From: a virus
Taxonomy: Duplodnaviria; Caudoviricetes
Direction: 5' to 3' (one strand)
Virus record (IMG/VR): IMGVR_UViG_3300009037_000004
Location: 32,001 to 96,000 of that record
Length of the DNA: 64,000 nt
The position numbers and the translations under genes were made by a program. Numbering within the stretch: the stretch's first letter is position 1; each line of letters opens with the position of its first letter. The notes under the pieces were generated by a model. That model saw only the letters and a program-made list of their open reading frames with translations. It was not told the DNA's origin and did not search any database. Shown here one piece after another: positions 37,801 to 46,815 of this stretch.

Positions 37801-39127
37801 CCAGAGCCTCCTGGTCCACCTCCAGGGCCTCGTCCAGCCGAAGCTCCTGTGAACTGAGGACAGACACGACCCCCACCTGCTTCGGCGGCCGCAAAAGCAT
37901 CCAAACCATCCCGGATTCTGCCGCCCCTGTACGGTCGATCTGGATCTCGTTAGCACCCACCTTCGCCAAGATCTTGGCAGTGCCCAGATTGGCAGGGTCT
38001 GAGGCTTGAAGGATCACGACCATGCCACCCACGTCATCAGTTGTAAAAGTCACGGGAAGAATGAGGTGGTCGAGGTTTGTGATTGGGACCTGGGCATCGG
38101 TGCCGTACAGAACGGAGTTGACACGAAGGTAGTACTCCGCCTCCACATCCCCCAGACTTCCGAAGACGGAGAGGAAATCGCCGTAACGGGTCTTGAAACT
38201 GTAAGTCAGAGCGTCCCCATCTTCATCATCCTCCGTGTACCCGTCCACGCCCTGGAGGAGGTCGGGGCCAAGATCTCCTCCGGTGATGATGTCCCGCATC
38301 ATCTCCTCTTCCAGCATCCCCACAACCTGGAGGCTCACGAGGTCTTCGAACTGATCGTACAGCCGTGCAGAGACGCCACGGGCAACCACCAAAGACCGTT
38401 CCGTGATGGAGGTCTCGGCCTTGTCAACCAGCTCCTGGGTGGTTTCCGCGTCCAGCCCGTTTTCGAAGTCCTCTGTGTTCTCCACCAGGACGGCTGCGTT
38501 GAGGTTGGTGATCCCTACGATGTCCCCCTTATCGACGTTGTAGTCCGTCCCGGCCTTCTCTGCGGTCACTTGGATGTCGAAGTAGTAGAGGCCGCCGCTC
38601 TGGTTGAAGATCATCGCCTCGGCGGTGATGCTCTGAAGCGTGGTGGGTAGGAACCGAAGGCCATCCGCTGTGTAGCAGACGTTGCCCACGCTGATGTTCA
38701 ACGCCATCGGGGCGTTGAAGTAGAGCCTCACAGTCCCGGTAGACAACCCACCGGTAGCCCGAGTGACGAAAAGGTTGGCCGCCAAAGCGTCAGCTTCCGA
38801 CTCCGCCAGGAGTTCTGGGTAAGCAAAGGACTGGCCCTGCTTGATGAGCTGAACCTCGCGGCTGATCGGGTCGAGAAGGACACTGGCCCCCTTGGAGAGG
38901 AAGTCGTAGACCGCCGAGCCCTCCCGGAAGTTCACGTCCGTGAACTCCTGGGCCAGTCGCGCCGCGATGAACTTCTCGACCGTCATCTCAAACGGGTCGG
39001 GGGTGAAGCGGCGGACGATGGGGTCCACGACCTGATACTGAGCGGGGGAACCTTCTGAGATGTCGATCGTGGGATCGAAAGCCAGCAGGCGCTCCTCCAC
39101 GAAGTCCTTCAGTGTCTGAGTGGCCAT
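34841..39127 (-). CDS. Baseplate J-like protein with large insertions
   Basis: D.LAAN.FVTR..G..S.G.V, V.AEKAG.DYN, GLDAETT.EL; GGAG RBS before MATQ. Confidence 0.8.
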   Translation of the reverse strand: MATQTLKDFVEERLLAFDPTIDISEGSPAQYQVVDPIVRRFTPDPFEMTVEKFIAARLAQEFTDVNFREGSAVYDFLSKGASVLLDPISREVQLIKQGQSFAYPELLAESEADALAANLFVTRATGGLSTGTVRLYFNAPMALNISVGNVCYTADGLRFLPTTLQSITAEAMIFNQSGGLYYFDIQVTAEKAGTDYNVDKGDIVGITNLNAAVLVENTEDFENGLDAETTQELVDKAETSITERSLVVARGVSARLYDQFEDLVSLQVVGMLEEEMMRDIITGGDLGPDLLQGVDGYTEDDEDGDALTYSFKTRYGDFLSVFGSLGDVEAEYYLRVNSVLYGTDAQVPITNLDHLILPVTFTTDDVGGMVVILQASDPANLGTAKILAKVGANEIQIDRTGAAESGMVWMLLRPPKQVGVVSVLSSQELRLDEALEVDQEALVWSIHRRLLTISDIPGGVMFSAEADTLEIEPDEVHIGGASDFYVRGTSVSEKTLVLSSISDSEPLVSGLDLIGDTTYDEFVYSPTADFVTEGVRPGHSLVIETGVNAGTKTVLRVGVQPSGAPGSAENYLQIDDPITSNDSSMRYKVVDEIDIDLRNPRTIRGVGDDLETIQLGTVVTTASAVDFSALGAAEGDTLEILSGADKGKYTVNAISGTGNRNLQLAAQMSATADNLSYELYEAQEGISFPLVRITGLEILDSSSQPTGYVVPYACPVDARSSSFSNAGIGTKVSTSDATTGIVAAVDLDSLSYPLASTILTISVNGTPVAVDLTSAASRHIVLARINSAIFNIASYITVDGKDYLTLRSGDRWLSVSANAQNANIGFDVTGEDNRQIRSASNITDWTAANYDLRVKKDAVFVSTGDNIGFLYLIQVSAFKLLAVGFDEEGGTLRFLQPNVNVTVTVGSRSYGNARVYFLDPTSFEVRGSWHPALKRTSTHPANAALAAAGDEVVGEDEDPVTYFTVKVGNSYLRFFPDPDMKQEILPCSGDDPPNNLITNGSAIVESDASPPGDTGKNSRDAAIDFLTREIKAGDLLSVTYQPIQASNDIRVLSGGLGITYPDDLEGLTLILTIGDNPLKVVTFTDQLTGPDDVVDEINEAMGEDVAYIETISGAKFLRLEADFQIIYHYNSTSGAVFWLSAPLANIKNKAVADIDDYYTIEYVGSTLDPTQHSILELSQNAAASQSQHFHIYRPGVQRLHSTGMSENLENGLYYMDVELISEGVGNEWNLDPDEIFEVTGYKSDGYRLEVQDENFSFSTEEEVTMVLSQRVLTVGSSDRPDQATILSGQNLQVSYERSPLVSSIQSFAKSQLERVLTASLLVRHLQPHYINFELNYRGGSSADVVGEDVSDYMDGLGPDDRVEVSDIQDFPLRRGATYVQNPIELVAVVHNEKREITVERSKDYVTHGRLATFFTGTIKVSRETPSSL

Positions 39128-39128
39128 A

Positions 39129-39779
39129 TCACAGCTCCAGATTTGCGATGGCCCGCACCCCGGACTGAGAGATGAGTTCAACCCGTGCGAGGAGGGCCGT
39201 GAGGTTCACGTCGAACTTGGAGTTGAGAAGGGTGGCCGACAACAGGCGCTCGTCATCGGGGATACGCGTCTGCTGACTCTGCAACGCCTTCATCTGGGTC
39301 TCCGCCCGGCGCACCGAGATGGCGAAGTCCGACACGATCGTCTGGGTCTCGCCCAGCCCGAAGTTCTTGCCCAGGTTCTTCAGCCCACTCCCACCTAGCC
39401 TCTGCGCCCAGGCATCGGTTCCAGCAGTGGTGAAGAGGAGCTTCAGGAACGTCTGCATCATCGCCTTCAGACCACCCACCTTCTTCGGGTCCTTGCCGAT
39501 CCTGAAGCGGACTCGACTCCGAATGGTGGCAGTGAAGTCGGCACTGAGGACTGAGAGGCTACGGATCGTGTTCTTCTTCTCAGAAATCGGCACCTCGGCC
39601 AGGATGGTATTCCTGTTCGCGATGGCGAAGCTGGGGGAATTGACTTCGTTGATCAAGACTTCGATAGCATGGCGGAAGTCGGGCCCTGTGATTTGCAGAG
39701 ACCGCGGGGTCATCCCAGGAATCTCTTGGGCACCACGGATCGACAAAGCGTCGCTGAACTGGATGAATTGGAGATCCAC
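39129..39779 (-). CDS. Baseplate protein (gp25-like C-terminal half)
   Basis: Q.FLKLL.T..GTD...GG..., PDDERL; adjacent to baseplate J. Confidence 0.6.
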   Translation of the reverse strand: MDLQFIQFSDALSIRGAQEIPGMTPRSLQITGPDFRHAIEVLINEVNSPSFAIANRNTILAEVPISEKKNTIRSLSVLSADFTATIRSRVRFRIGKDPKKVGGLKAMMQTFLKLLFTTAGTDAWAQRLGGSGLKNLGKNFGLGETQTIVSDFAISVRRAETQMKALQSQQTRIPDDERLLSATLLNSKFDVNLTALLARVELISQSGVRAIANLEL

Positions 39780-39780
39780 T

Positions 39781-40134
39781 CTACTCCTCCGTGTTCATCG
39801 AGTCCTCCGCCGTTGCGGTAGAACTCGAGGAAGACGAAGCGTTCGACTCCGTGGAGAGTGTCCAGTAGCTGGCCGGTTGCTTTTTGACTGTGTCGATGGC
39901 ATTGCTGACCTCAGACTTGATCTTCTCGACACGGTCCAAGAGAGTCGAGCGCACGTAGCTCTGGCCAGTCGTCCCCTCGATTCGGTCGATGGCCTTGTCT
40001 AGGAGCTCCTCGTAGGTGATGTTGGCAATCGTCTCGGTGTACTGGCGCCCCCGCACAAAGGCGTAGGCGTTGCTCAAGATCTCCCGCATCTGAAGCTTGA
40101 GCCGGGTTTCCTTCTTGGAAGCGGAATCAGCCAT
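39781..40134 (-). CDS. Hypothetical protein
   Basis: Start coupled (TGATG) to the upstream gene. Confidence 0.65.
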   Translation of the reverse strand: MADSASKKETRLKLQMREILSNAYAFVRGRQYTETIANITYEELLDKAIDRIEGTTGQSYVRSTLLDRVEKIKSEVSNAIDTVKKQPASYWTLSTESNASSSSSSTATAEDSMNTEE

Positions 40135-42662
40135 CAGTATCTCGTCCTGGAGGTGGAAGCCTCATCCCCGGACTTGTCGAAGTCGGGCACGTCTCCCAGA
40201 ATCCTCACATTCTCATCCGTGTCCTGGTCGCTGTAGTCGAAACCCGCATCGGTCCCCGTAGTAGAAGTCGCAGTTGATGTCGAGTCGTATGCATCGTCAT
40301 CCAACTTCGAGACCGGCAGATCTTTCTGAACCACAGATCTTACTGATTTCAGCATGAAAGAGCTGGTGGCTGCATCATCTTTGTCCATCGAGAAGAAATC
40401 GACGAGCTTGCCCCGCATCAGTAGATCATAGGCGCGGTCCATGCCGCGTTCCTTCAACATTTTCAGGATGGCATCGAAGCGACTCACTGACTTCACCACG
40501 AAAGCTACCAGTATCTCGGTCAAGCCGGGGGTGATGGAGGTCAGCAGATCGTACAGGTCTTCCGCCACCGACTTCGCGTCCGCGATCTGAGACGCTGAAG
40601 GTTGCTTGTTCACCAGCAACGCATTCATCACCCGGTCGAGCTCGAGCGTGTCGGACTTGAACTTCGTGGAGTCTTTCCACGTCACCCAGTCTTCCAACTC
40701 CTGGGCAAAGTCCTCGTAGTCCACAGCAGCCTTGCTCAAGATGCGAAAAGCCGAGAAGGTGAGATCAGTATCGAACGGGGGATCAATCTCAAGCTGCTTG
40801 TTGCTGTCCGCCAGTTCCAGGATCGTGTACTTGTTCTCTCCGCTAAGATCGGTGGCGTAGAGGACATCACCTACGACCACGTTAGACTTGCTGAAATCCA
40901 GGTCTGTACCAGAAGAAGCTGCGCGGAAACCAGTCGTGGTGGCTTGGGTAGTACCAGCCGTAAGACCCAGAGTGGTGAGCGAGGAACAGGAGCCGATGAC
41001 AAGCTGGGAATCTAAGCCTGTGCTCTCCGACTCGATCTTCAAGAGGTCTCGGACAATGATCCAGCCCACATTGCTGACGAGTTCCACGAAGGGTGTTGCC
41101 GAGCTAACGGTCACACGATCAATCGTGGTTCGGACCACGGATACGATCCGGTGGTATCCGACATTCTTCCCCGACCGAATCAGAAGCTGGTCGTCCGTGT
41201 GGGAGAGGGACGCGAGAGTGTTCACGGGCAGGTCGAAAACGACCGAACTGACGGCGATCCCAGTCGTTCCTTCCTCGAACGCCGTGGACACCACCGAGGC
41301 CTCGACCTTCCCGACCGCGTTGATCTCTGCCGCTAGCTCACTGGCACTAACGCCGGCGTTGTCGTCCTGCTCCCCCTCGTAGAAGCCCAAAGTCGTGTAC
41401 GCCTTGATGACGCGGCTGCGGTAGGTGGAATTCTCGGCGGTCAGAATCAACCGCTGAACGCCAGCCTGCGTCTTCGTGATCTTGATGTAGTTGTACCCGC
41501 CCGATGAAACTACGGAGGCAGCGTACACACCTGGGTAGTTGGCCGTAGCCCAAGTGTTGATGTCCGAGACGATGTTGGCCGCAGTTCGGCCCGTCCCCGC
41601 CGTCAGGGTCACGAGAACCGACTCCTCATCAATCTCCAGCAGATCATTGTAGCTAGCGGTAATGTCGTAGGTCTCGGGGACCACGGATTGGAGGCTGGGT
41701 TGCGAGGGCGCGGTGATGGTGTAAGTCGTGGAGGCATTTCCATCTTCCGCGATCTTCAGCTCATCATTCGATCCCGTCACGATGGCCCAAGGGGCGGACT
41801 TCGTTCCTGTCACGGCCGCTGATACCAGCCCACCCTTATCCCCCACCGGGACAGCGACCCGACCCACGACTGTGCTCGAGCTCGAAAGCCGGGGATCGCT
41901 GGGATCATTGACGGTGACGTAGTTGTCAAGGATCGATTTGCCGGCCGCGAGTCGAAGATACGCCTCTCGGCATTTGGCAATACGATCGTCCTTGGTGTAG
42001 GAGGAGGACTCGAAGTACTCCTGGAGATCTTGGAGATCGCTTCGTACCTTTGTCACCGAGCTTTGAAGGGCCACCACCGGCAGGTTGAGGGAGTTGAATT
42101 CGTCCAGGGTGGACTGGAGCTGGGTGAGGTTGTCGAGGATGTCCGTGTAGGCGGTCGCCAGACTGCTCAGATCTACCTTGGCTTCTGTCCGGGCCAGTTG
42201 GGGAGAGCGAACGATCTGACTGCCCTTCTTGACGTTGACCTTCAGGGACTCCTGGATGAACTTCGTCACCGACGTCTGGTAGCGGGTGTAGGCCGGGTTG
42301 CTGACAGCACCTTGATTCGTCAGAATCTGATCGACTGTCAGTAGGGATGTGGCTGCATCCCCGAGCGGCGTGGTCTTGGTGACGTCCTTCGTTGTCTTGG
42401 CCATCTCATCGATGGCGTCCAGAATGTCCTCCAGGTATTCGATCGCCGCCAGCACATCGACGTTCAGCTTGTTGGAGACCAGATAGATGAGGTAGAAGAT
42501 CGCGTTTGGATCGTAGGCCAAGGTGGTGGAGAACAGCGAGATGACCTCGCTGAACTTGCTCTCCGCATCAGTGGGTCCGAGTGCGCTCTGGGTGATCGTG
42601 AGCGAGCTCTTCACGAATCCGGAAACGACGCTTTCGATTTCTGAGTCTTTGTACCCGGCCAT
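40134..42662 (-). CDS. Large virion structural protein (842 aa)
   Basis: Helical ends flank beta-rich TA..I...IN modules that also occur in the neighbouring baseplate proteins. Confidence 0.65.
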   Translation of the reverse strand: MAGYKDSEIESVVSGFVKSSLTITQSALGPTDAESKFSEVISLFSTTLAYDPNAIFYLIYLVSNKLNVDVLAAIEYLEDILDAIDEMAKTTKDVTKTTPLGDAATSLLTVDQILTNQGAVSNPAYTRYQTSVTKFIQESLKVNVKKGSQIVRSPQLARTEAKVDLSSLATAYTDILDNLTQLQSTLDEFNSLNLPVVALQSSVTKVRSDLQDLQEYFESSSYTKDDRIAKCREAYLRLAAGKSILDNYVTVNDPSDPRLSSSSTVVGRVAVPVGDKGGLVSAAVTGTKSAPWAIVTGSNDELKIAEDGNASTTYTITAPSQPSLQSVVPETYDITASYNDLLEIDEESVLVTLTAGTGRTAANIVSDINTWATANYPGVYAASVVSSGGYNYIKITKTQAGVQRLILTAENSTYRSRVIKAYTTLGFYEGEQDDNAGVSASELAAEINAVGKVEASVVSTAFEEGTTGIAVSSVVFDLPVNTLASLSHTDDQLLIRSGKNVGYHRIVSVVRTTIDRVTVSSATPFVELVSNVGWIIVRDLLKIESESTGLDSQLVIGSCSSLTTLGLTAGTTQATTTGFRAASSGTDLDFSKSNVVVGDVLYATDLSGENKYTILELADSNKQLEIDPPFDTDLTFSAFRILSKAAVDYEDFAQELEDWVTWKDSTKFKSDTLELDRVMNALLVNKQPSASQIADAKSVAEDLYDLLTSITPGLTEILVAFVVKSVSRFDAILKMLKERGMDRAYDLLMRGKLVDFFSMDKDDAATSSFMLKSVRSVVQKDLPVSKLDDDAYDSTSTATSTTGTDAGFDYSDQDTDENVRILGDVPDFDKSGDEASTSRTRY

Positions 42663-42955
42663 CAGCTCACCATGTCGAACTTCTTCACATCTTCGCGTCT
42701 TAGCCTGTGCGTCATCTCTCGGATGACTCGAGGATCCCAGTCCAAGATAGTACAGATGCTGACGAACGACGTGAAGTGGGTCTCTTCATCGTTCATCAAC
42801 CAGTCGTAGGCGCTCTTCCACAACCGCCGTTCCTTCAGCCGCGAGGAGCCTTTGTAGAGGGCAATGTCGTAGGCAGATCGACGGAGAATGGCGCCTAAGA
42901 GGAGCCTCTCGCCGTGACCTTCGGGCCAGATGGGACGAATAAACAGGACCGCCAT
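42662..42955 (-). CDS. Conserved hypothetical protein
   Basis: L..AIL..A..D...A..W.....SF..IC..L..DP..IR pattern. Confidence 0.7.
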   Translation of the reverse strand: MAVLFIRPIWPEGHGERLLLGAILRRSAYDIALYKGSSRLKERRLWKSAYDWLMNDEETHFTSFVSICTILDWDPRVIREMTHRLRREDVKKFDMVS

Positions 42956-42956
42956 C

Positions 42957-43919
42957 TCATGTCACGGTTATCAGTATCGGCGATCCATCGATTTCAGTCG
43001 ATGGGATAACGACGATCGACTGATCTTTCCGTGTGGCTACAAGATTGGTCGTTCCAGCCGTCACCCCCAGCACCACCAACTTGTCTGGCAATGCCGTGAC
43101 TGTGGCTATGGTCTCGTCCTCGGTGGAGTAAATGATGTCCTCGTTGGCTGTTCCGACCAGCTCTCGGAAGTCCGTGGCTGTGACCGTGGTGAAGATATCC
43201 AGAGTCTCGCCCTCTGCAACGGAGATGGGATCGGGATCCCAGACGATGGCATCCACTACCGGGAAGAGGAGATCATTGATGTTGACCGAGGATCGATCTG
43301 GGACCATGAGGACACGCTCGAAGATGATGGACTGCGTGTCGCATGACGTGGGGGCCTCCACACTCTCCACCAGCGCGCGGTACTCGCCGTTGCGGTAGAG
43401 ATCGAGCTCCACGTACCCATCCTCATCCGACCGGACATCGACCTTGGAACTCATGATTCCATAGCCGTCTACGATCGTCGGATCAAACTGGTTGATGAAC
43501 GTGATGTCGAGGCCCGGCAGTGGTCGTCCGGCTGGGTCTTTGAAAAACCCGCTGACACGGCAGAGACGCGGATCTGTGGCGACTGGGAGAGTGAAGGTCT
43601 GGCCCACGACCTCGAAGTAGTTGTTCCCGTTCGGGGCTGCGGCGGGAGGACTGTAGACGGTGATGAGCTGTGGACTCTTGCTGTCGTCTCCCAGCGCCCC
43701 ATCGAAAGCCACTCCGGTCTTGGAGAGCCGGATGGTGTAGCTGATGGGGGGATCGTCTCCGTCCAGAGTGAAATCCGCTACCGCCCGACCGCTGACCAGC
43801 GTGGTGTAATTCTGGCTGATGAAGGCCGCACCGTCCTCATCGAAGACGCGAACTAGGACGCTTACAATCGGCTCATCATCTTGATCTTTGACGTAGACCT
43901 TGACGGTTTCGACTGCCAT
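42957..43919 (-). CDS. Virion protein with tandem beta-sandwich/Ig-like domains
   Basis: V.V.D...EPI..V.V; G.F.D..G.PL.G; YST.D.TIATV......G.T.L (Big_2-like). Confidence 0.7.
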   Translation of the reverse strand: MAVETVKVYVKDQDDEPIVSVLVRVFDEDGAAFISQNYTTLVSGRAVADFTLDGDDPPISYTIRLSKTGVAFDGALGDDSKSPQLITVYSPPAAAPNGNNYFEVVGQTFTLPVATDPRLCRVSGFFKDPAGRPLPGLDITFINQFDPTIVDGYGIMSSKVDVRSDEDGYVELDLYRNGEYRALVESVEAPTSCDTQSIIFERVLMVPDRSSVNINDLLFPVVDAIVWDPDPISVAEGETLDIFTTVTATDFRELVGTANEDIIYSTEDETIATVTALPDKLVVLGVTAGTTNLVATRKDQSIVVIPSTEIDGSPILITVT

Positions 43920-45755
43920 CTACTTACCTCCCAGTACGTGCCGTGCAAGCATTCTGAACGCGGCGGTCTTCACCACATAGTCAGGACGAGGCCGCATGAT
44001 CTGCCGAACAGCCTCCGAGGCGGGGTCACCCATGCGTCTCTTGGCTTTAATCGCTAGCCGACGGTAACGATCATGGTCCTCGACTACCTTATTCACTGCC
44101 TCCGGCACATTCTCCAGCCCGATGGCCACTGGGTGGCCGACATGTTGACCGGCATAAATGGCAGTACGCTTGGTCAAGTCTCCCTGGCCGTCCTCCAACA
44201 ACCCAAACTTGATGTCTGGGCCGTAGTAGACCGCGGGTTTTCCTGCCGCCACGCTCTCGGCGAAGGTGGTGCCGTGCGTTCGAATAACATTCAAATCCGC
44301 CTCGTGCATCATGTGGGCGAGGGGAGCAAAACCGTGAGGCTGGAGGCGGGGATCGATTTTCGCCAAGGATTGTAGCTCGCGTAATGCCACTGGATCTCTG
44401 CCGGCTACCGCATGAACTACGACATTTTCGGGCAGCTTGGAGAGTAGAACCTGCTTTACCAAAGGAACGACCTCGGCACCCAACGATCCCCCACTGACAG
44501 TGACGTTGAACTTCTTCGGCGTAATTAAACCCGATTTCCCTTTGGGCCGGAGAACGCCCTGGCTTACTGGGACGTTGGAGATCGCCACTCGATTCTTCGC
44601 CTTGATCTCATCCAACACAGAACGGAGGCCCACATCGATACGGTTGGGCTCGTTACCCCCACCTTGAGCGAAGGGCCATTTAACGGGGTCGGAATGAAGC
44701 GTATGAATCGGGTGATCGATCCCTTTGAACTCTTTTCGGAGATGCTCCATCGCCACAACAATGGCCTGGTCCTTATTCTCCTTCACCCAACTCCTTAGCT
44801 TCTCGTGATCAGTTCCCCCAAACGTGAACTTGAGCATGGGGATTGCCAGATCTAACTGGTTGGCCCTCCCATGCAACATTTCCCCGTATGTCCTCTCGTA
44901 TTGCTTCAGATGCGGCCCTTTGGCAAAATGATCCCCCCAGTCCACCGTCTCTGCCGGGATGCCCATCTTCCGGGCTGCCTCAGCCATGGCGTTCGCTTGA
45001 GCCTTGTGACCTCCACCTGTATTGATGTAGACGAACTTGATCCCTTTGGGCTGCACGGCCTCTGCGAACTTCACCAACCAGTCCACCGCCTCCGCGATCT
45101 TGTGCATCGCGCCCTCATCCATAGGCTTGATACGCCTACCCACACCTACACGGGCGGCGGTGCTCCCACCATCCTCTGAGGCTCCTACGTGCCCCAGGAT
45201 GCCCGCAGAACCTCGACCCTCCTGAGGGCCTGTGGAGGCAGGGGACGTGCCTTCCTGGCCAGCGTAGGTCGTAGAACGGGGGAGTACGAGTGCAGCCAGC
45301 TTCCTGATGGTCACCCCGGCCCTCTGGTCCAACTTCTCCTTCAGCGCCTCCACTGGAAGGGTGGAGATGGGGCCGAGGAACTTGGGGTCGTCGTAGTGCT
45401 GAAGGTAGGTCTTCTTGGCCTCTTCCTTTGATCGAAAGCCGAGCATGACCTTGTCTTCGTCATGCCCAGTTCCGTCTGGCTTGTGCTGGTGGACCACGTA
45501 CGCCTTCGGGGCATCTTTGACTGGCCCCACGAAGGCATCGATCTCCTCCCCGTCCTTCCCCTTGGTGCCCTTGATGTAGCCGTAGGGGCGAGACATGCGA
45601 GTCCGCCACCTGTGACCATCCCGATCTACGCCAGTGCGAACATCTCCCACCCTGTTCTCAATGGCTATTGGAATCCCCTGGACCTCTGTCTGTCCCTGGA
45701 GGCGGTGCTCCTGCGCCATTTTGAGGACCTCAGAAGCCAGTTTCCTAAGAAGCAC
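43920..45755 (-). CDS. Fusion of a phage-type inorganic pyrophosphatase-like domain and a GT-B glycosyltransferase (MurG/UgtP-like)
   Basis: N-terminal YGYI.GT.G.DG.E.D.FVGP...DEDKVMLGF; C-terminal TGGGH..A.A, VSGGSLG, HGF....M.EADL....G.T.AE...AGKP. Confidence 0.8.
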   Translation of the reverse strand: MLLRKLASEVLKMAQEHRLQGQTEVQGIPIAIENRVGDVRTGVDRDGHRWRTRMSRPYGYIKGTKGKDGEEIDAFVGPVKDAPKAYVVHQHKPDGTGHDEDKVMLGFRSKEEAKKTYLQHYDDPKFLGPISTLPVEALKEKLDQRAGVTIRKLAALVLPRSTTYAGQEGTSPASTGPQEGRGSAGILGHVGASEDGGSTAARVGVGRRIKPMDEGAMHKIAEAVDWLVKFAEAVQPKGIKFVYINTGGGHKAQANAMAEAARKMGIPAETVDWGDHFAKGPHLKQYERTYGEMLHGRANQLDLAIPMLKFTFGGTDHEKLRSWVKENKDQAIVVAMEHLRKEFKGIDHPIHTLHSDPVKWPFAQGGGNEPNRIDVGLRSVLDEIKAKNRVAISNVPVSQGVLRPKGKSGLITPKKFNVTVSGGSLGAEVVPLVKQVLLSKLPENVVVHAVAGRDPVALRELQSLAKIDPRLQPHGFAPLAHMMHEADLNVIRTHGTTFAESVAAGKPAVYYGPDIKFGLLEDGQGDLTKRTAIYAGQHVGHPVAIGLENVPEAVNKVVEDHDRYRRLAIKAKRRMGDPASEAVRQIMRPRPDYVVKTAAFRMLARHVLGGK

Positions 45756-45772
45756 GATCGATCCCTCTTCAG

Positions 45773-45808
45773 ATACAAAAACAGGCTATATTCTGGGATA
45801 AGCCTGTT
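45773..45808 (-). terminator. Intrinsic terminator-like hairpin on the - strand, overlapping the GGGATAAG motif on the + strand
   Basis: AACAGGCT / AGCCTGTT 8-bp inverted repeat; on the - strand it runs into a TTTTT tract. Confidence 0.55.
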
Positions 45809-45820
45809 GAGGAGAAAAAC

Positions 45821-45907
45821 ATGATCGAGAAACTCTACTACTGCTGTTGCACGATCATCGGTTTGGCATTGGATGCCGCCTTTCGCCTGCTCAAGATCGG
45901 CGACTGA
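45821..45907 (+). CDS. Putative 28-aa hydrophobic peptide (MIEKLYYCCCTIIGLALDAAFRLLKIGD)
   Basis: GAGGAG RBS 6 nt upstream; preceded by the GGGATAAG motif; occupies an intergenic gap. Confidence 0.4.
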   Translation: MIEKLYYCCCTIIGLALDAAFRLLKIGD

Positions 45908-46811
45908 GCAGGCGTAGCGCCCGCGCTTTGAGCGCGGGCGCTACTTTACCTAGCGTACCGACCGCCTTCTTACCCACAGTTGCCGCAGCCCGTACCGGCG
46001 CAGTCGTTCGTTCAGTAATATGCCCGACATCCCGACTCGCTTTCCCAAGAAGCTGAGAGACTCTCCCTGGAGCCTTGCTAGACATGTGATGCAGGTACGC
46101 AGCCTCAGCGGCTTCGGGGGACATGCCATGTGTCGTCTGCAGCACCTTCAAGACCTTCCGTTTGGCCGCACGTCCAAAGCCGGCAGCTCGACTAGCGGAA
46201 CGAACATCACTGGCGGTCCCTCCCGATACGAACGTGTCTAGGTGAGAGCCCGGAGCAAGTCCTCTACCCCCCTTGAGTCCAGCCGTCTGATGCTCCATTC
46301 CTGATACGACAGGACCCAGTGCCTCCGCCCCGGGGACCTTTTGTAAAACTTTCCGTAACCGTCCTGCCGCCCTACCTTGCAAAGTACCAGCAGCCTCCCC
46401 TGTCATGCCGGCTTCCAATGGTCGCTCAAAATGAGCTCCAAGGTCCATCAACCCATGCTGAGTCTGGCCCAGGCCCATCATTCCCCGAGTCATGCGAGCC
46501 CCGGACAAAGCCCCAGGATTGGCAATGGCGTGTGCCACATCCTCTACTCCACGCTGCTGTTCCTGAAGGATTCGCTTCCCAATCTCCCGCTTGCCTTGAG
46601 CAGGCATAGCATGCAACGGAGCATTAACTGGAATCCACGGATGCCGGATTCCAGTATCCGTAGAAAGGTTTCCACGCAATGCTAGCCGACTTAGCTCAGG
46701 GTTTGCGCCCATCGATTGCATCGTGGGCTCCATCAATGCCGTATGCCCCGGCGTATCGAAACCGATCTTTTCCAACTCATCGAAAAACCCATCAATCCAA
46801 GTCGATTCCAT
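45891..46811 (-). CDS. DELEKI-tag protein with possible Zn-phospholipase C / HET-C-like ligands
   Basis: GFFDELEKIG, then H...N..TD...HAM...G.TQHGLMD..AH. Confidence 0.55.
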   Translation of the reverse strand: MESTWIDGFFDELEKIGFDTPGHTALMEPTMQSMGANPELSRLALRGNLSTDTGIRHPWIPVNAPLHAMPAQGKREIGKRILQEQQRGVEDVAHAIANPGALSGARMTRGMMGLGQTQHGLMDLGAHFERPLEAGMTGEAAGTLQGRAAGRLRKVLQKVPGAEALGPVVSGMEHQTAGLKGGRGLAPGSHLDTFVSGGTASDVRSASRAAGFGRAAKRKVLKVLQTTHGMSPEAAEAAYLHHMSSKAPGRVSQLLGKASRDVGHITERTTAPVRAAATVGKKAVGTLGKVAPALKARALRLLSRRS

Positions 46812-46815
46812 TAGG

